Positions 1-16,300 of a DNA stretch of 64,000 nucleotides are shown piece after piece. Both the position numbers and the translations under genes were made by a program. Every line of letters begins with the position of its first letter. Position 1 is the first letter of the stretch. The DNA is from the human T2T-CHM13v2.0 reference genome, Homo sapiens: NCBI RefSeq assembly GCF_009914755.1, contig NC_060933.1; one strand, given 5' to 3'. Below the pieces are notes generated by a model. The model was not told the origin of the DNA, made no database searches, and saw only the letters and a program-made list of their open reading frames with translations.

Positions 1-3000
1 GTACGGAATAGAATGGAATGGAACGAAATGGAATGGAATGGAACGGAAAGGAATGGAATCAACTCGATTGCAATGGAATGCAATGGAATGGAATGGAATG
101 CAATTAAAGCGAATAGAATGGAATGGAATGGAACGGAATGGAATGGAATGGAATGGAATGGAATCGAATGGAATCAACCTGAGTGCAGGGGAATGGAATG
201 GAATGGAATGCAATGGAATGTAATGGAATGGAATGCAATGGAAACAACTCGATTGCAATGGAATGGAATGGAATGGAATGGAAGGGAAAGGAATGGAATG
301 GAATTAACCTGAACAGAATGGAATGGAATGGAATGGAACGGAATGGAATGGAATGGATTCAACCCGAATGGAATGGAAAGGAATGGAATAAACCCGAGTG
401 GAATGGCATGGAATGGAATGGAATGGAATGGAATGGTACGGAATAGAATGGAATGGAACGAAATGGAATGGAATGGAATGGAATGGAATGGAATGGAATG
501 CAATCAACCTGAGTGCAATGGAATGGAATGGAATGGAATGGAACGGAATGGAAACAACCCGAATGGAATGGAATGTAATGGAGTGTAAGGAATTGAATAC
601 AATCAATCCGAATGTAATGGAATGGAATGGAACGGAATGGAATGGAATGGAATGCAGTGGAATGGAATAAAACCTAGTGCAATGGAATGGAATGGAATGG
701 AATGGAATGCAATGGAATGGATTGGATTCAACCCAAATGGAATGGAAAGCAATAGAATCAACCCGAGTGGAATGGCATGGAATGGAATGGAATGGAATGG
801 AATGGAATGGAATGGAATGGTACGGAATAGAATGGAATGGATCGAAATGGAATGGAATGGAATGGAATGGAACGGAATGGAATGGAATCAACTCGATTGC
901 AATGGAATGTAATGGAATGGAATGGAATGGAATGGAATTAACGCGAATAGAATGGAATGGAATGGAATGGAAAGGAATGGGATGGAATGGAATCAATCTG
1001 AGTGCAGGGGAATGGAATGGAATGGAATGCAATGGAATGGAATCATCCGGAATGGAATGGAATGGAATGGAATGGAATGGAATGGAATGGAATTAACCCG
1101 AATAGAATGGAATGGAATGGAATGGAATGGAATGCAATGGAATGGAATCAACTCGATTTCAATGGAATGGAATGGAATGGAATGGAATGGAATGGAATGG
1201 AATGGAATGGAATGGAATATAATGGAATCCACCCGACTGCAGGGGAATGGAATGGAATAGAATGCAATGGAATGGAATCATACGGAATGGAATGGAATGG
1301 AATGGAATGGAATGGAATGGAATGGAATGGAATGGAATGGAAACAACCCGAATGGAATGGAATGTGATGGAGTGTAAGGGAATTGAATAGAATCAATCCG
1401 AATGTAATGGAATTGAATGGAACGGAATGGAATGGAATGGAATGTAATGGAATGGAATGGAATGCAATGGAATGGGATCAACCCGAGTGCAATGGAATGG
1501 AATCGAAAGGAATGGAATGGAATGGAAAGGCTTCACCCCGAATGGAATGGAAAGGAATGGAATCAACCCGAGTGGAATGGAATGGAATGGAATGGAATGG
1601 AATGGAATGGAATGCAATGGAATGGAACGGAATGGAATCAACCCGATTGCAATGAAATTGAATGGAATGGAATGGAATGGAATGGAATTAACCCGAATAG
1701 ATTGGAATGGAATGGAATGGTATGGAATGGAATGGAACGGAATGGAATGGAATGGAATTGAATGGAATCAACCCGGGTGCAGGGGAATGCAATTGAATGG
1801 AAGGCAATGGAATGCAATCATCCGGAATGGAATGGAATGGAATGGAATGGAATGGAATGGTTTCAACCCGAATGGAATGGAATGGAATGGAATCAACCCG
1901 AGTGGAATGGCATGGAATGGAATGGAATGGAATGGAATGGAATGGAATGGAATGGAATGGTATGGAATAGAATGGAATGGAACGAAATGGAATGGAAGGG
2001 AATGGAATGGAATGGAATGGAATCAACCCGACTGCAATGGAATGGAGTGGAATGGAATGGAATGGAATGGAAACAACCCGAATGGAATGGAATGTAATGG
2101 AGTGTAAGGGAATTGAATACAATCAATACGAATGTAATGGAATGGAATGGAACGGAATGGAATGGAATGGAATGGAATGGAATGCAGTGGAATGGAATCA
2201 ATCCTAGTGCAATGGAATGGAATGCAATGGAATGGAATGGAATGGAATGGAATGGAATGGAATGGAATGGAATGGATTCAACCCAAATGGAATGGAAAGC
2301 AATGGAATCAACCCGAGTGGAATGGCATGGAACGGAATGGAATGGAATGGTATGGAATAGAATGGAATGGAAAGAAATGGAATGGAATGGAATGGAATGG
2401 AACGGAGTGGAATGGAAAGGAATGGAATGGAATGGAATGGAATAGAATGGAATGGAACGAAATGGAATGGAATGGAACAGAATGGAATGGAATCAATCAG
2501 AGTGGAATAGAAGGGAATGCATTCGAGTAGAATGGAAAGGAATGGAATCAACCAGAGTGGAATGGAAGGGAATGGAATGGAATGGAAACTAATAAAATGG
2601 AATCAACACGAGTGGAATGGAATGGAAAGGACTTGAATGGAATGGAATGGAATCAACTCGATTGCAATGGAATGTAATGGAATGGAATTGAATGGAATTA
2701 ATGCGAATAGAATGGATTGGAATGGAATGGAACGGAATGGAATGGAATGGAATGGAATGGAATCAAACTGAGTGCAGGGGAATGGAATGGAATGGAATGG
2801 AATAGAATGGAATGGAATGGAAGGGAATGGAATGGAATGGAATTAACCTGAACAGAATGGAATGGAATGGAATGGAACGGAATGGAATGGAATGGAATGG
2901 AATGGAATCCACCCGAGTTCAGGGGAATGGAATGGAATGGAATGCAATGGAATGGAATCAATCAACCCGAGTGCAATACAATGCAGTGGAATGGAATGGA

Positions 3001-6000
3001 ATGGAATGGAAAGTACCCGAATGGAATGGAATGTAATGGAGTGTAAGGGAATTAAAAAGAATCAATACGAATGTAATTGAATGGAATGGAACGGAATAGA
3101 ATGGAATGGAATGGAATGGAATGGAATGAAATGGAATGGCATGGAATGGAATGGAATCAACCCGAGTGCAATGGAATGGAATCGAATGGAATGGAAGGGA
3201 ATGGAATGGATTGAACCCGAATGGAATGGAAAGGAATGGAATAAACCCGAGTGGAATGGCATGGAATGGAATGGAATGGAATGGAATGGTACGGAATAGA
3301 ATGGAAAAAAACGAAATGGAATGGAATGGAATGGAATGGAATGAACCCGTGTGCAATGGAATGGAATGGAATGGAATGGAATGGGTTCAACTCGAAAGGA
3401 ATGGAAAGGAATGGAATCAACCCGAGTGGAATGGCATGGAATGGAATGGAATGGAATGGTATGGAATGGAATGGAATGGAATGGAATGGAATGGAATGGA
3501 ATGGAATGAAATGGAATGGAATGGAATGGAATGGAATGAACCCAAGTGTAATGTAATGGAATCGAATGGAATGGAATGGAATGGAATGGATTCAACCCAA
3601 ATGGAATGGAAAGGAATGGAATCAACCCGAGTGGAATGGCATGGAATGGACTGGAATGGAATGGAATGGAATGGAATGGTACGGAATAGAATGGAATGGA
3701 ACGAAATGGAATGGAATGGAATGGAATGGAATGGAATGGAATGGAATGGAATGAACCCGTGTGCAATGGAATGGAATCGAATGGAATGGAATGGAATGCA
3801 AAGGATACAACTCGAATGGAATGGAAAGGAATGAAATCAACCCGAGTGGAATGGCATGGACTGGAATGGAATGGAATGGCATGGAATGGAATGGAATTGA
3901 ATGGTACGGAATAGAATCGAATGGAACGAAATGGAATGGAATGGAATGGAATGGAATGGAATGGAAACAACCCGAGTGCATGGTAATGGAATGGAATGGA
4001 AGGCAATGGAATGGAATCATCCGGAATGGAATGGAATGGAATGGAATGGAATGGAATGGAATGGAATGGAATGGAATCAACTCGATTGCAATGGAATGGA
4101 ATGGAATGGAATGGAATGGAATGGAATTAACCCGGATAGAATCGAATGGAATGGAATGGAATGGAATGGAATTCAATGGAAGGGAATGGAATGTAATGGA
4201 ATGGAATGGAATTAACCCGAATAGAATGGAATGGAACGGAAAGGAAGGGAATGGAATGGAATGTAATCAACTCCAGTGCAGGGGAATGCAATGGAATGGA
4301 ATGAAATGGAATGGAGTCATACGGAATGGAAGGGAATGGAATGGAATCAACCAGAGTGCAATGGAATGGAGTGGAATGGAATGGAATAGAATGGAAACAA
4401 CACGAATGGAATAGAATGTAATGGAGTGTAAGGGAATTGAATATAATCAATCCGAATGTAATGGAATGGAACGGAAAGGAATGGAATGGAATGGAATGGA
4501 ATGGAATGAAATGGAATGGCATGGAATGGAATGGAATCAACCCGAGTTCAATGGAATTGAATGGAATGGAATGGAATGGAATGGAATGGAATGGAATGGA
4601 ATGGAATGGAATCAACTCGATTGCAATGGAATGGAATGGAATGGGATGGAATGGAATGGAATGGAATGGAATGGAATTAACCCTAATAGAATGGAATGGA
4701 ATGCAATGGAATGGAAAAGAATGGAATGGAAGGGAATGGAATGGAATGGAATGGAATGGAATTAACCCGAGTTCAATGGAATTGAATGGAATGGAATGGA
4801 ATGGAATGGAATGGAATCAACTCGATTGCAATGGAATGGAATGGAATGGGATGGAATGGAATGGAATGGAATGGAATGGAATTAACCCTAATAGAATGGA
4901 ATGGAATGGAATGGAATGGAATAGAATGGAATGGAAGGGAATGGAATGGAATGGAATGGAATTAACCCGAATAGAATGGAATGGAATGGAATGGAATGGA
5001 ATGGAATGGAATGGAATGGAATGGAATGGAATGGAATCAACTCGATTTCAATGGAATGGAATGGAATGGAATGGAATGCAATGGAAGGGAATGGAATGGA
5101 ATGGAATGAAATTAACCCGAATATAATGGAATGGAATGGAATGGAATGGAATGGAATGGAATAGAATGGAATGGAACGGATTCAACTCGAATGGAATGGA
5201 AAGGAATGGAATCAACCCGAGTGGAATGGCATGGAATGGAATGGAATGGAATGGAATGGAATGGAATGGAATTAACCCTAATAGAATGGAATGGAATGGA
5301 ATGGAATGGAATGGAATGGAATGGAAGGAAATGGAATGGAATGGAATGGAATGGAATGGAATGGAATGGAAGGAAATGGAATGGAATGGAATGGAATGGA
5401 ATGGAATGGAATGGAATGGAATAGTACGGAATAGAATGGAATGGAACGAAATGGAATGGAATGGAATGGAATGGAATGGAATGGAATGGAATGGAATGGA
5501 ATGAAATCAACCCGAGTGCAGAGGAATGGAATGGAATGGAAGGCAATGGAATGAAATCATTCAGAATTGAATGGAATGGAATGGAATGGAATGGAATCAA
5601 CTCGATTGAAATGGAATGGAATGGAATGGAATGGAATGGAATGGAATGGAATGGAAGTGAATGGAATGGAATGTAATGAAACCAAGTGCAGGGGAATGGA
5701 ATGGAATGCAATGGAATGGAGTCATCGGGAATGGAACGGAATGGAATGCAATGGAATCAACCCGAGTGCAATGGAATGGAATGGAATGGAAAGGAATGGA
5801 ATGGAATGGATTCAACCCGAATGGAATGGAAAGGAATGGAATCAACCCGAGAGGAATGGCATGGAATGGAATGGAATGGAATGGAGTGGAATGGTACGGA
5901 ATAGAATGTAATGGAAAGAAACGGAATGGAATGGAATGGAATGGAATGGAATGGAATGGAATGGAATCATTCCGAGTGGAATAGAAGGGAATGTTTTCGA

Positions 6001-8550
6001 GTGGAATGAAAAGGAATGGTATCAACCAGAGTGGAATGGAATGGAATCGAATGGAATGGAAAGGAATAGAATGGAATCAACCCGAGTGGAATGGAATGGA
6101 AAGGACTCGAATGGAATGGAATGGAATGCAATGGAATCAACTCGATTGCAACGAAATGGAATGGAATGGAATGGAATGGAATGGAATGGAATGGAATGGA
6201 ATAGAATGGAAAGGAATCACCCCAAGTGCAGGGGAATTTAATGGAATGGAATGCAGTGGAATGGAATCATCCGGAATGGAATGGAATGGAATGGAATGGA
6301 ACAGAATGGAATGGAATCAACTCGATTTCAATGCAATGCAAAGGAATGGAATGGAATGGAATGCAATGGAATCGTACGGAATAGAATGGAATGGAACGAA
6401 ATGGAATGTAATGGAATGGAATGGAATGGAATGGAATGGAATGGATCGGAATGGAATGGAATGAACCCGCGTGCAATGGAATGGAACGGAATGGAATGGA
6501 ATGGAATGGAATGGAATGGAATGGGTTCAACTCGAATGGAATGGAAAGGAATGGAATCAACACGAGTGGAATGGCATGGAATGGAATGGAATTGAATGAA
6601 ATGGAATGGAATGGAATGGAATGAAATGTAATGGAATGGAAAGGAATGGAATCAACACGAGTGGAATGGCATGGAATGGAATGGAATTGAATGAAATGGA
6701 ATGGAATGAAATGTAATGGAATGGAATGGAATGGAATCAACCCGAGTGCAATGCAATGGAATAGAATGGAATGGAATGGAATGGAATGCATTCAACCCGA
6801 ATGGAATTAAAAGGAATGGAATATACCCGAGTGGAATGGCATGGAATGGAGTGGAATGGAATGGCATGGAATGGAATGGAATGGTACGGAATAGAATGGA
6901 ATGTAACGAAATGGAATGTAAGGGAATGGAATGGAATGGAATGGAATGAACCCGTGTGCAATGGAATGGAATGGAATGGAATGGAATGGAATGGAATGGA
7001 ATGGATTCAACTCTAATGGAATGGAAGGGAATGGAATCAATGCGAGTGGAATGGCATGGAATGGAATGGAATGGAATGGAATGGAATGGAAGTAAATGGA
7101 ATGGAATGGAATGAACCCGAGTGCAGGGGAATGGAATGGAATGGAATGAAATGGAATGGAATGGAATGCAGTGGAATGGAATCAAACCTAGTGCAATTGA
7201 ATGGAATGGAATGGAATGGAATGGAATGGAATGGAATGGATTCAACCCAAATGGAATGGAAAGCAATGGAATCAACCCGAGTGGAATGGCATGGAATGGA
7301 ATGGAATGGAATGTAATGGAATGTAATGGAATGGAATGGAATGGTACGGAATAAAATGGAATGGAACGAAATGGAATGGAATGGAATGGAATGGAACGGA
7401 ATGGAATGGAATGGAAAGGAATGGAATCAACACGAGTGGAATGGCATGGAATGGAATGGAATTGAATGAAATGGAATGGAATGGAATGGAATGGAATCAA
7501 CCCGAGTGCAATGTAATGGAATAGAATGGAATGGAATGGAATGGAATGCATTCAACCCGAATGGAATTAAAAGGAATGGAATATACCCGAGTGGAATGGC
7601 ATGGAATGGAGTGGAATGGAATGGAATGGAATGGAATGGAATGGTACGGAATAGAATGGAATGTAACGAAATGGAATGTTAGGGAATGGAATGGAATGGA
7701 ATGGAATGAACCCGTGTGCAATGGAATGGAATGGAATGGAATGGAATGGAATGGAATGGAATGGATTCAACTCTAATGGAATGGAAGGTAATGGAATCAA
7801 CGCGAGTGGAATGGCATGGAATGGAATGGAATGGAATGGAATGGAATGGAAGTAAATGGAATGGAATGGAATGAACCCGAGTGCAGGGGAATGGAATGGA
7901 ATGGAATGGAATGGAATGCAATGGAATGCAGTGGAATGGAATCAAACCTAGTGCAATTGAATGGAATGGAATGGAATGGAATGGAATGGAATGGAATGGA
8001 TTCAACCCAAATGGAATGGAAAGCAATGGAATCAACCCGAGTGGAATGGCATGGAATGGAATGGAATGGAATGTAATGGAATGTAATGGAATGGAATGGA
8101 ATGGTACGGAATAAAATGGAATGGAACGAAATGGAATGGAATGGAATGGAATGGAACGGAATGGAATGGAATCATTCCGAGTGGAATAGAAGGGAATGAA
8201 TTCGAGTGGAATGGAAAGGAATGGAATCAACCAGAGTGGAATGGAAGGGAATGGAATGGAATGGAAACTAATAAAATGGAATCAACACGAGTGGAATGGA
8301 ATGGAAAGGACTTGAATGGAATGGAATGGAATGGAATGGAATCAAGTCGATTGCTATGGAATGTAATGGAATGGAGTGGAATGGAATTAACGCGAATAGA
8401 ATGGAATGGAATGGAATGGAATGGAATGGAATGGAATGGAATCAACCTGAGTGCAGGGGAATGGAATGCAATGGAATGCAATGGAATGCAATGGAATGGA
8501 ATGGAATGGAATCAACGCGAGTGCAGGGGAATGGAATGTAATGGAATGCA
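1..8550 (+). repeat. HSat3 sub-domain A1 (dialect A)
   Basis: Seen: dialect-A markers GAACCCGTGTGC, CAAACCTAGT, GGAAGTAAAT, very frequent GAGTGGAATGGCATGG, and the CATTCCGAGTGGAATAGAAGGG module (~5968, ~8173). Only 2 pentamer phase shifts are visible. Boundary approximate. Confidence 0.7.
6640..8170 (+). repeat. ~760-bp tandem duplication (2 copies)
   Basis: ORF-track pairs with a constant offset of 760 (6737/7497, 6771/7531, 6807/7567, 7056/7816, 7121/7881). Shared rare variants GCATTCAACCCG, ATATACCCGAG and GGTACGGAATAAAAT (~7341/8101). Confidence 0.9.
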
Positions 8551-10390
8551 ATGGAATGGAATCTTCTGGAATGGAATGGAATGGAATGGAATCAACCCGA
8601 GTGCAATGGAATGGAGTGGAATGGAATGGAATGGAAGGGAATGGAACAACCCGAATAGAATCGAATGTAATGGAGAGTAAGGGAGTTGAATAGAATCAAT
8701 CCGAATGTAATGGAATGGAATGGAACGGAATGGAATTGAATGGTATGGAATGGAATGCAATGGAATGGAATCAACCCGAGTGCAATGGAATGGAGAGGAA
8801 TGGAATGGAAACTACCCGAATGGAATGTAATGTAATGGAGTGTAAGGGAATTGAATAGAATCAATCCGAATGTAATGGAATGGAATGGAATGGAATGGAA
8901 TGGAATGGAATGGAATGGAATGGAATGGAATACAATGGAATGGAATCAACCCGAGTGCAATCGAATGGAATCGAATGTAATGGAATGCAATGGAATGGAT
9001 TCAACTTGAATGGAATGGAAAGAATGGAATCAATACGAGTGGAATGGCATAGATTGGAATGGAATGGAATGGAATCAACCCGAGTACAGGGGAATGGAAT
9101 GGAATGGAATGCAATGGAATGGAATCATCCGTAATGGAATGGAATGGAATGGAATGGAATGGAATGGAATGGAATCAACTCGATTGCAATCGAATGGAAT
9201 GGAATGGAATTAACCCAAATAGAATGGAATGGAATGGAATGGAATGGAACGGAAAGGAATGGAATGGAATGGAATGGAATAGAATGGATTGGAACGGAAC
9301 GGAACGGAACGGAACGGAACGGAATGGAATGGAATGGAATGGAATGGAATGGAATGGAATGGAATCAACGCGAGTGCAGGGGAATGGAATGGAATGGAAT
9401 GCAATGGAATGGAATCTTCCGGAATGGAATGGAATGGAATGGAATGGCATGAAATGCAATGGATTCAACTCGATTGCAATGGAATGGAATAGAATGGAAT
9501 GGAATGGAATTAACCCGAATAGAATGGAATGGAATGGAATGGAACGGAATGGAACGGAATGGAATGGAATGGAATGGAATGGAATGGAATGGTATGGAAT
9601 GGAATGGAATGGAATCAACACGAGTGCAATGGAATGGAGTGGAATGGAATGGAATGGAATGGAACAACTCGAATGGAATGGAATGGAATGGAGAGTAAGA
9701 GAGTTGAATAGAATCAGTCCGAATGTAATGGAATTGAATGCAACGGAATGGAATGGAATGGAATGGAATGGAATGCAATGGAATGGAATCAACCCGAGTA
9801 CAATGGAATGGAATGGAATGGAATGGAATGGAATGGAATGGAATGGAATGGAATTGAATGGGATGGAATGCCTTCAAACCGAATGGAATGGAAAGGAATT
9901 GAATCAACAAGAGTGGAATGGAATGGAATGGAATGGAAAGGAATGGAATGGAATGGAATGGTACGGAATAGAATGGAATGGAAGGAAATGGAATGGAATG
10001 GAATGGAATGGAATGGAATGGAATGGAATGGAATGGAATCGTTCCAAGTGGAATAGGAGGGAATGTATTCGAGTGGAATGGAAAGGAATGGAATCAACCA
10101 GAGTGGAATGGAAGGGAATGGAATGGAATGGAAACTAATAGAATGGAATCAACCCGAGTGGAATGGAATGGAAAGGACTGGAATGGAATGGAATGGAATG
10201 GAATGGAATCAACTCGATTGTAATAGAATGGAATGGAATGGAAGGGAATGGAATGAAATGGCATGGAATGGAATTAACCCGAATACAATGGAATGGAATG
10301 GAATGGAAGGGAATGGAGTGGAATGGAATGGAATCAACCCGAGTGCAGGGAAATGGAATGGAATGGAATGCAATGGAATGGAATCATCCG

Positions 10391-13300
10391 GAATGGAATG
10401 GAATGGAATGGAATGCAAAGCAATGGAATCAACTCGATTGCAATGGAATGGAATGGAATGGAAAGGAATAGAATGGAATCAACCCGAGTGGAATGGAATG
10501 GAAAGGACTGGAATGGAGTGGAATGGAATGGAATGGAATGGAATGGAATCAACTCGATTGGAATGGAATGGAATGGAATGGAATGGAATGGAATGGAATG
10601 GAATCAACTCGATTGCAATCGAATGGAATGGAATGGAATTAACCGGAATAGAATGGAATGGAATGGAATGGAACGGAACGGAATGGAATGGAATGAAATG
10701 GAACGGAACGGAACGGAACGGAATGGAATGGAATGGAATGGAATGGAATGGAATCAACGCGAGTGCAGGGGAATGGAATGGAATGGAATGCAATGGAATG
10801 GAATCTTCCGGAATGGAATGGAATGGAATGGAATGGAATGAAATGCAATGGATTCAACTCGATTGCAATGGAATGGAATGGAATGGAATGGAATGAAATG
10901 CAATGGATTCAACTCGATTGCAATCGAATGGAATAGATTGGAATGGAATGTAATGGAATGGAATGGAATGGAATGGAATTAACCCGAATAGAATGGAATG
11001 GAATGGAATGGAACGGAATGGAACGAATTGGAATGGAATGGAATGGAATAGAATGGAATGGTATGGAATGGAATGGAATGGTACGGAATAGAATGGAATG
11101 GAACGAATTGTAAAGGAATGGAATTGAATGGAATGGAATGGAATGGAATGGAATGGAATGGAATCAACGCGAGTGCAGGGGAATGTAATGGAACGGAATG
11201 CAATGGAATGGAATCATCCGGAATGGAATGGAATGGAATGGAAAGGAATGGAATCAACCCGAGTGCAATGGAATGGAGTGGAATTGAATGGAATGGAATG
11301 GAACAACCCGAATGGAATGGAATGTAATGGAGAGTAAGGGAGTTGAATAGAATCAATCCGAATGTAATGGAATGGAATGCAACGGATTGGAATGGAATGG
11401 AATGGGATGGAATGCAATGGAATGGAATCAACCCGAGTACAATGGAATGGAATGGAATGGAATGGAATGGAATGGAATGGAATGGAATGCCTTTAAACCG
11501 AATGGAATGGAAAGGAATGGAATCAACACGAGTGGAATGGAATGGAATGGAATGGAATGGAATGGAATGGAATGGAATGATACGGAATAGAATGTAATGG
11601 AACGAAATGGAATGGAATGGAATGGAATGGAATGGAATGGAATGGAATGGAATGGAATGGAATGGAATCGTTCCGAGTGGAATAGGAGGGAATGTATTCG
11701 AGTGGAATGGAAAGGAATGGAATCAACCAGAGTGGAATGGAAGGGAACGGAATGGAATGGAAACTAATAGAATGGAATCAACCCGAGTGGAATGGAATGG
11801 AAAGGACTGGAATGGAATGGAATGGAATGGAATGGAATCAACTCGATTGTAATGGAATGGAATGGAATGGAGTGGAATGGAATGGAATTAACCCGAATAC
11901 AATGGAATGGAATGGAATGCAACGGAATGGAGTGGAATGGAATGGAATCAACCCGAGTGCAGGGGAATGCAATGGAATGGAATGCAATGGAATGGAGTCA
12001 TCCGGAATGGAATGGAATGGAATGGAATGCAAAGCAATGGAATCAACTCGATTGCAATGGAATGGAATGGAATGGAAATGAATACATTGGAATCAACCCG
12101 AGTGGAATGGAATGGAAAGGACTGGAATGGAGTGGAATGGATTGGAATGGAATGGAATGGAATGGAATTAACCCGAATAGAATGGAATGGAATTGAATGG
12201 AACGGAACGGAATGGAATGGAATGGAATGGAATGGAATGGAATGGAATGGAATCAACCAGACTGCAGGGGAATGGAATGGAATGGAATGCAATGGAATGG
12301 ATTCAACTTGAATGGAATGGAAAGAATGGAATCAACACGAGTGGAATGGCATGGATTGGAATGGAATGGAATGGAGTCAACCCGAGTACAGGGGAATGGA
12401 ATGGAATGGAATGCAATGGAATGGAATCATCCGTAATGGAATGAAAAGGAATGGAATGGAATGGAATGGAATGGAATGGAATGGAATGGAATGGAATGGA
12501 ATAGAATCAACTCGATTGCAATCGAATGGAATGGAATGGAATTAACCCAAATAGAATGGAAAGGAATGGAATGGAACGGAACGGAACGGAATGGAATGGA
12601 ATGGAATGGAATGGAACGGAAAGGAAGGGAATGGAATGGAATAGAATGGAATGGAATGGAATCAACGCGAGTGCAGGGGAATGGAATGGAATGGAATACA
12701 ATGGAATGGAATCTTCCGGAATGGAATGGAATGGAATGGAATGGAATGGAATCAACCCGAGTGCAGTGGAATGGAGTGGAATGGAATGGAATGGAATGGA
12801 ACAACCCGAATGGAACGGAATGTAATGGAGAGTTAGGGAGTTGAATAGAATCAATCCGAATGTAATGGAATGGAATGGAACGGAATGGAATTGAATGGAA
12901 TGGAATTGAATGCAATGGAATGGAATCAACCCGAGAGCAATGGAATGGAGAGGAATGGAATGGAATGGAATGGAAACTACCCGAATGGAATGGAATGTAA
13001 TGGAGTGTAAGGGAATTGAATAGAATCAATCCGAATGTAATGGAATGGAATGGAACGGAATGGAATGGAATGGAATGGAATGGAATGGAATGGAATGCAA
13101 TGTAATGGAATCAACCCGAGTGCAATTGAATGGAATCGAATGGAATGGAATGCAATGGAATGGATTCAACTTGAATGGAATGGAAAGAATGGAATCAACA
13201 CGAGTGGAATGGCATGGATTGGAATGGAATGGAATGGAATCAACCCGAGTACAGGGGAATGGAATGGAATGGAATGCAATGGAATGGAATCATCCGTAAT

Positions 13301-16300
13301 GGAATGGAAAGGAATGGAATGGAATGGAATGGAATGGAATGGAATCAACTCGATTGCAATCGAATGGAATGGAATGGAATTAACCCGAATAGAATGGAAT
13401 GGAATGGAATGGAATGCAAAGCAATGGAATCAACTCGATTGCAATGGAATGGAATGGAATGGAAAGGAATAGAATGGAATCAACCCGAGTGGAATGGAAT
13501 GGAAAGGACTGGAATGGAGTGGAATGGAATGGAATGGAATGGAATGGAATCAACTCGATTGGAATGGAATGGAATGGAATGGAATGGAATGGAATGGAAT
13601 GGAATCAACTCGATTGCAATCGAATGGAATGGAATGGAATTAACCGGAATAGAATGGAATGGAATGGAATGGAACGGAACGGAATGGAATGGAATGAAAT
13701 GGAACGGAACGGAACGGAACGGAATGGAATGGAATGGAATGGAATGGAATGGAATCAACGCGAGTGCAGGGGAATGGAATGGAATGGAATGCAATGGAAT
13801 GGAATCTTCCGGAATGGAATGGAATGGAATGGAATGGAATGAAATGCAATGGATTCAACTCGATTGCAATGGAATGGAATGGAATGGAATGGAATGAAAT
13901 GCAATGGATTCAACTCGATTGCAATCGAATGGAATAGATTGGAATGGAATGTAATGGAATGGAATGGAATGGAATGGAATTAACCCGAATAGAATGGAAT
14001 GGAATGGAATGGAACGGAATGGAACGAATTGGAATGGAATGGAATGGAATAGAATGGAATGTTATGGAATGGAATGGAATGGTACGGAATAGAATGGAAT
14101 GGAACGAATTGTAAAGGAATGGAATTGAATGGAATGGAATGGAATGGAATGGAATGGAATGGAATCAACGCGAGTGCAGGGGAATGTAATGGAACGGAAT
14201 GCAATGGAATGGAATCATCCGGAATGGAATGGAATGGAATGGAAAGGAATGGAATCAACCCGAGTGCAATGGAATGGAGTGGAATTGAATGGAATGGAAT
14301 GGAACAACCCGAATGGAATGGAATGTAATGGAGAGTAAGGGAGTTGAATAGAATCAATCCGAATGTAATGGAATGGAATGCAACGGATTGGAATGGAATG
14401 GAATGGGATGGAATGCAATGGAATGGAATCAACCCGAGTACAATGGAATGGAATGGAATGGAATGGAATGGAATGGAATGGAATGGAATGCCTTTAAACC
14501 GAATGGAATGGAAAGGAATGGAATCAACACGAGTGGAATGGAATGGAATGGAATGGAATGGAATGGAATGGAATGGAATGATACGGAATAGAATGTAATG
14601 GAACGAAATGGAATGGAATGGAATGGAATGGAATGGAATGGAATGGAATGGAATGGAATGGAATCGTTCCGAGTGGAATAGGAGGGAATGTATTCGAGTG
14701 GAATGGAAAGGAATGGAATCAACCAGAGTGGAATGGAAGGGAACGGAATGGAATGGAAACTAATAGAATGGAATCAACCCGAGTGGAATGGAATGGAAAG
14801 GACTGGAATGGAATGGAATGGCATGGAATGGAATCAACTCGATTGTAATGGAATGGAATGGAATGGAGTGGAATGGAATGGAATTAACCCGAATACAATG
14901 GAATGGAATGGAATGCAACGGAATGGAGTGGAATGGAATGGAATCAACCCGAGTGCAGGGGAATGCAATGGAATGGAATGCAATGGAATGGAGTCATCCG
15001 GAATGGAATGGAATGGAATGGAATGCAAAGCAATGGAATCAACTCGATTGCAATGGAATGGAATGGAATGGAAATGAATACATTGGAATCAACCCGAGTG
15101 GAATGGAATGGAAAGGACTGGAATGGAGTGGAATGGAATGGAATGGAATGGAATGGAATGGAATTAACCCGAATAGAATGGAATGGAATTGAATGGAACG
15201 GAACGGAATGGAATGGAATGGAATGGAATGGAATGGAATGGAATGGAATCAACCAGACTGCAGGGGAATGGAATGGAATGGAATGCAATGGAATGGATTC
15301 AACTTGAATGGAATGGAAAGAATGGAATCAACACGAGTGGAATGGCATGGATTGGAATGGAATGGAATGGAGTCAACCCGAGTACAGGGGAATGGAATGG
15401 AATGGAATGCAATGGAATGGAATCATCCGTAATGGAATGAAAAGGAATGGAATGGAATGGAATGGAATGGAATGGAATGGAATGGAATGGAATAGAATCA
15501 ACTCGATTGCAATCGAATGGAATGGAATGGAATTAACCCAAATAGAATGGAAAGGAATGGAATGGAACGGAACGGAACGGAATGGAATGGAATGGAATGG
15601 AATGGAACGGAAAGGAAGGGAATGGAATGGAATAGAATGGAATGGAATGGAATCAACGCGAGTGCAGGGGAATGGAATGGAATGGAATGGAATGGAATGG
15701 AATGGAATGGAATGGAATGGAATGGAATGGAATGGAATGGAATAGAATCAACTCGATTGCAATCGAATGGAATGGAATGGAATTAACCCAAATAGAATGG
15801 AAAGGAATGGAATGGAACGGAACGGATCGGAATGGAATGGAATGGAATGGAATGGAACGGAAAGGAAGGGAATGGAATGGAATAGAATGGAATGGAATGG
15901 AATCAACGCGAGTGCAGGGGAATGGAATGGAATGGAATACAATGGAATGGAATCTTCCGGAATGGAATGGAATGGAATGGAATGGAATGGAATCAACCCG
16001 AGTGCAGTGGAATGGAGTGGAATGGAATGGAATGGAATGGAACAACCCGAATGGAACGGAATGTAATGGAGAGTTAGGGAGTTGAATAGAATCAATCCGA
16101 ATGTAATGGAATGGAATGGAACGGAATGGAATTGAATGGAATGGAATTGAATGCAATGGAATGGAATCAACCCGAGAGCAATGGAATGGAGAGGAATGGA
16201 ATGGAATGGAATGGAAACTACCCGAATGGAATGGAATGTAATGGAGTGTAAGGGAATTGAATAGAATCAATCCGAATGTAATGGAATGGAATGGAACGGA

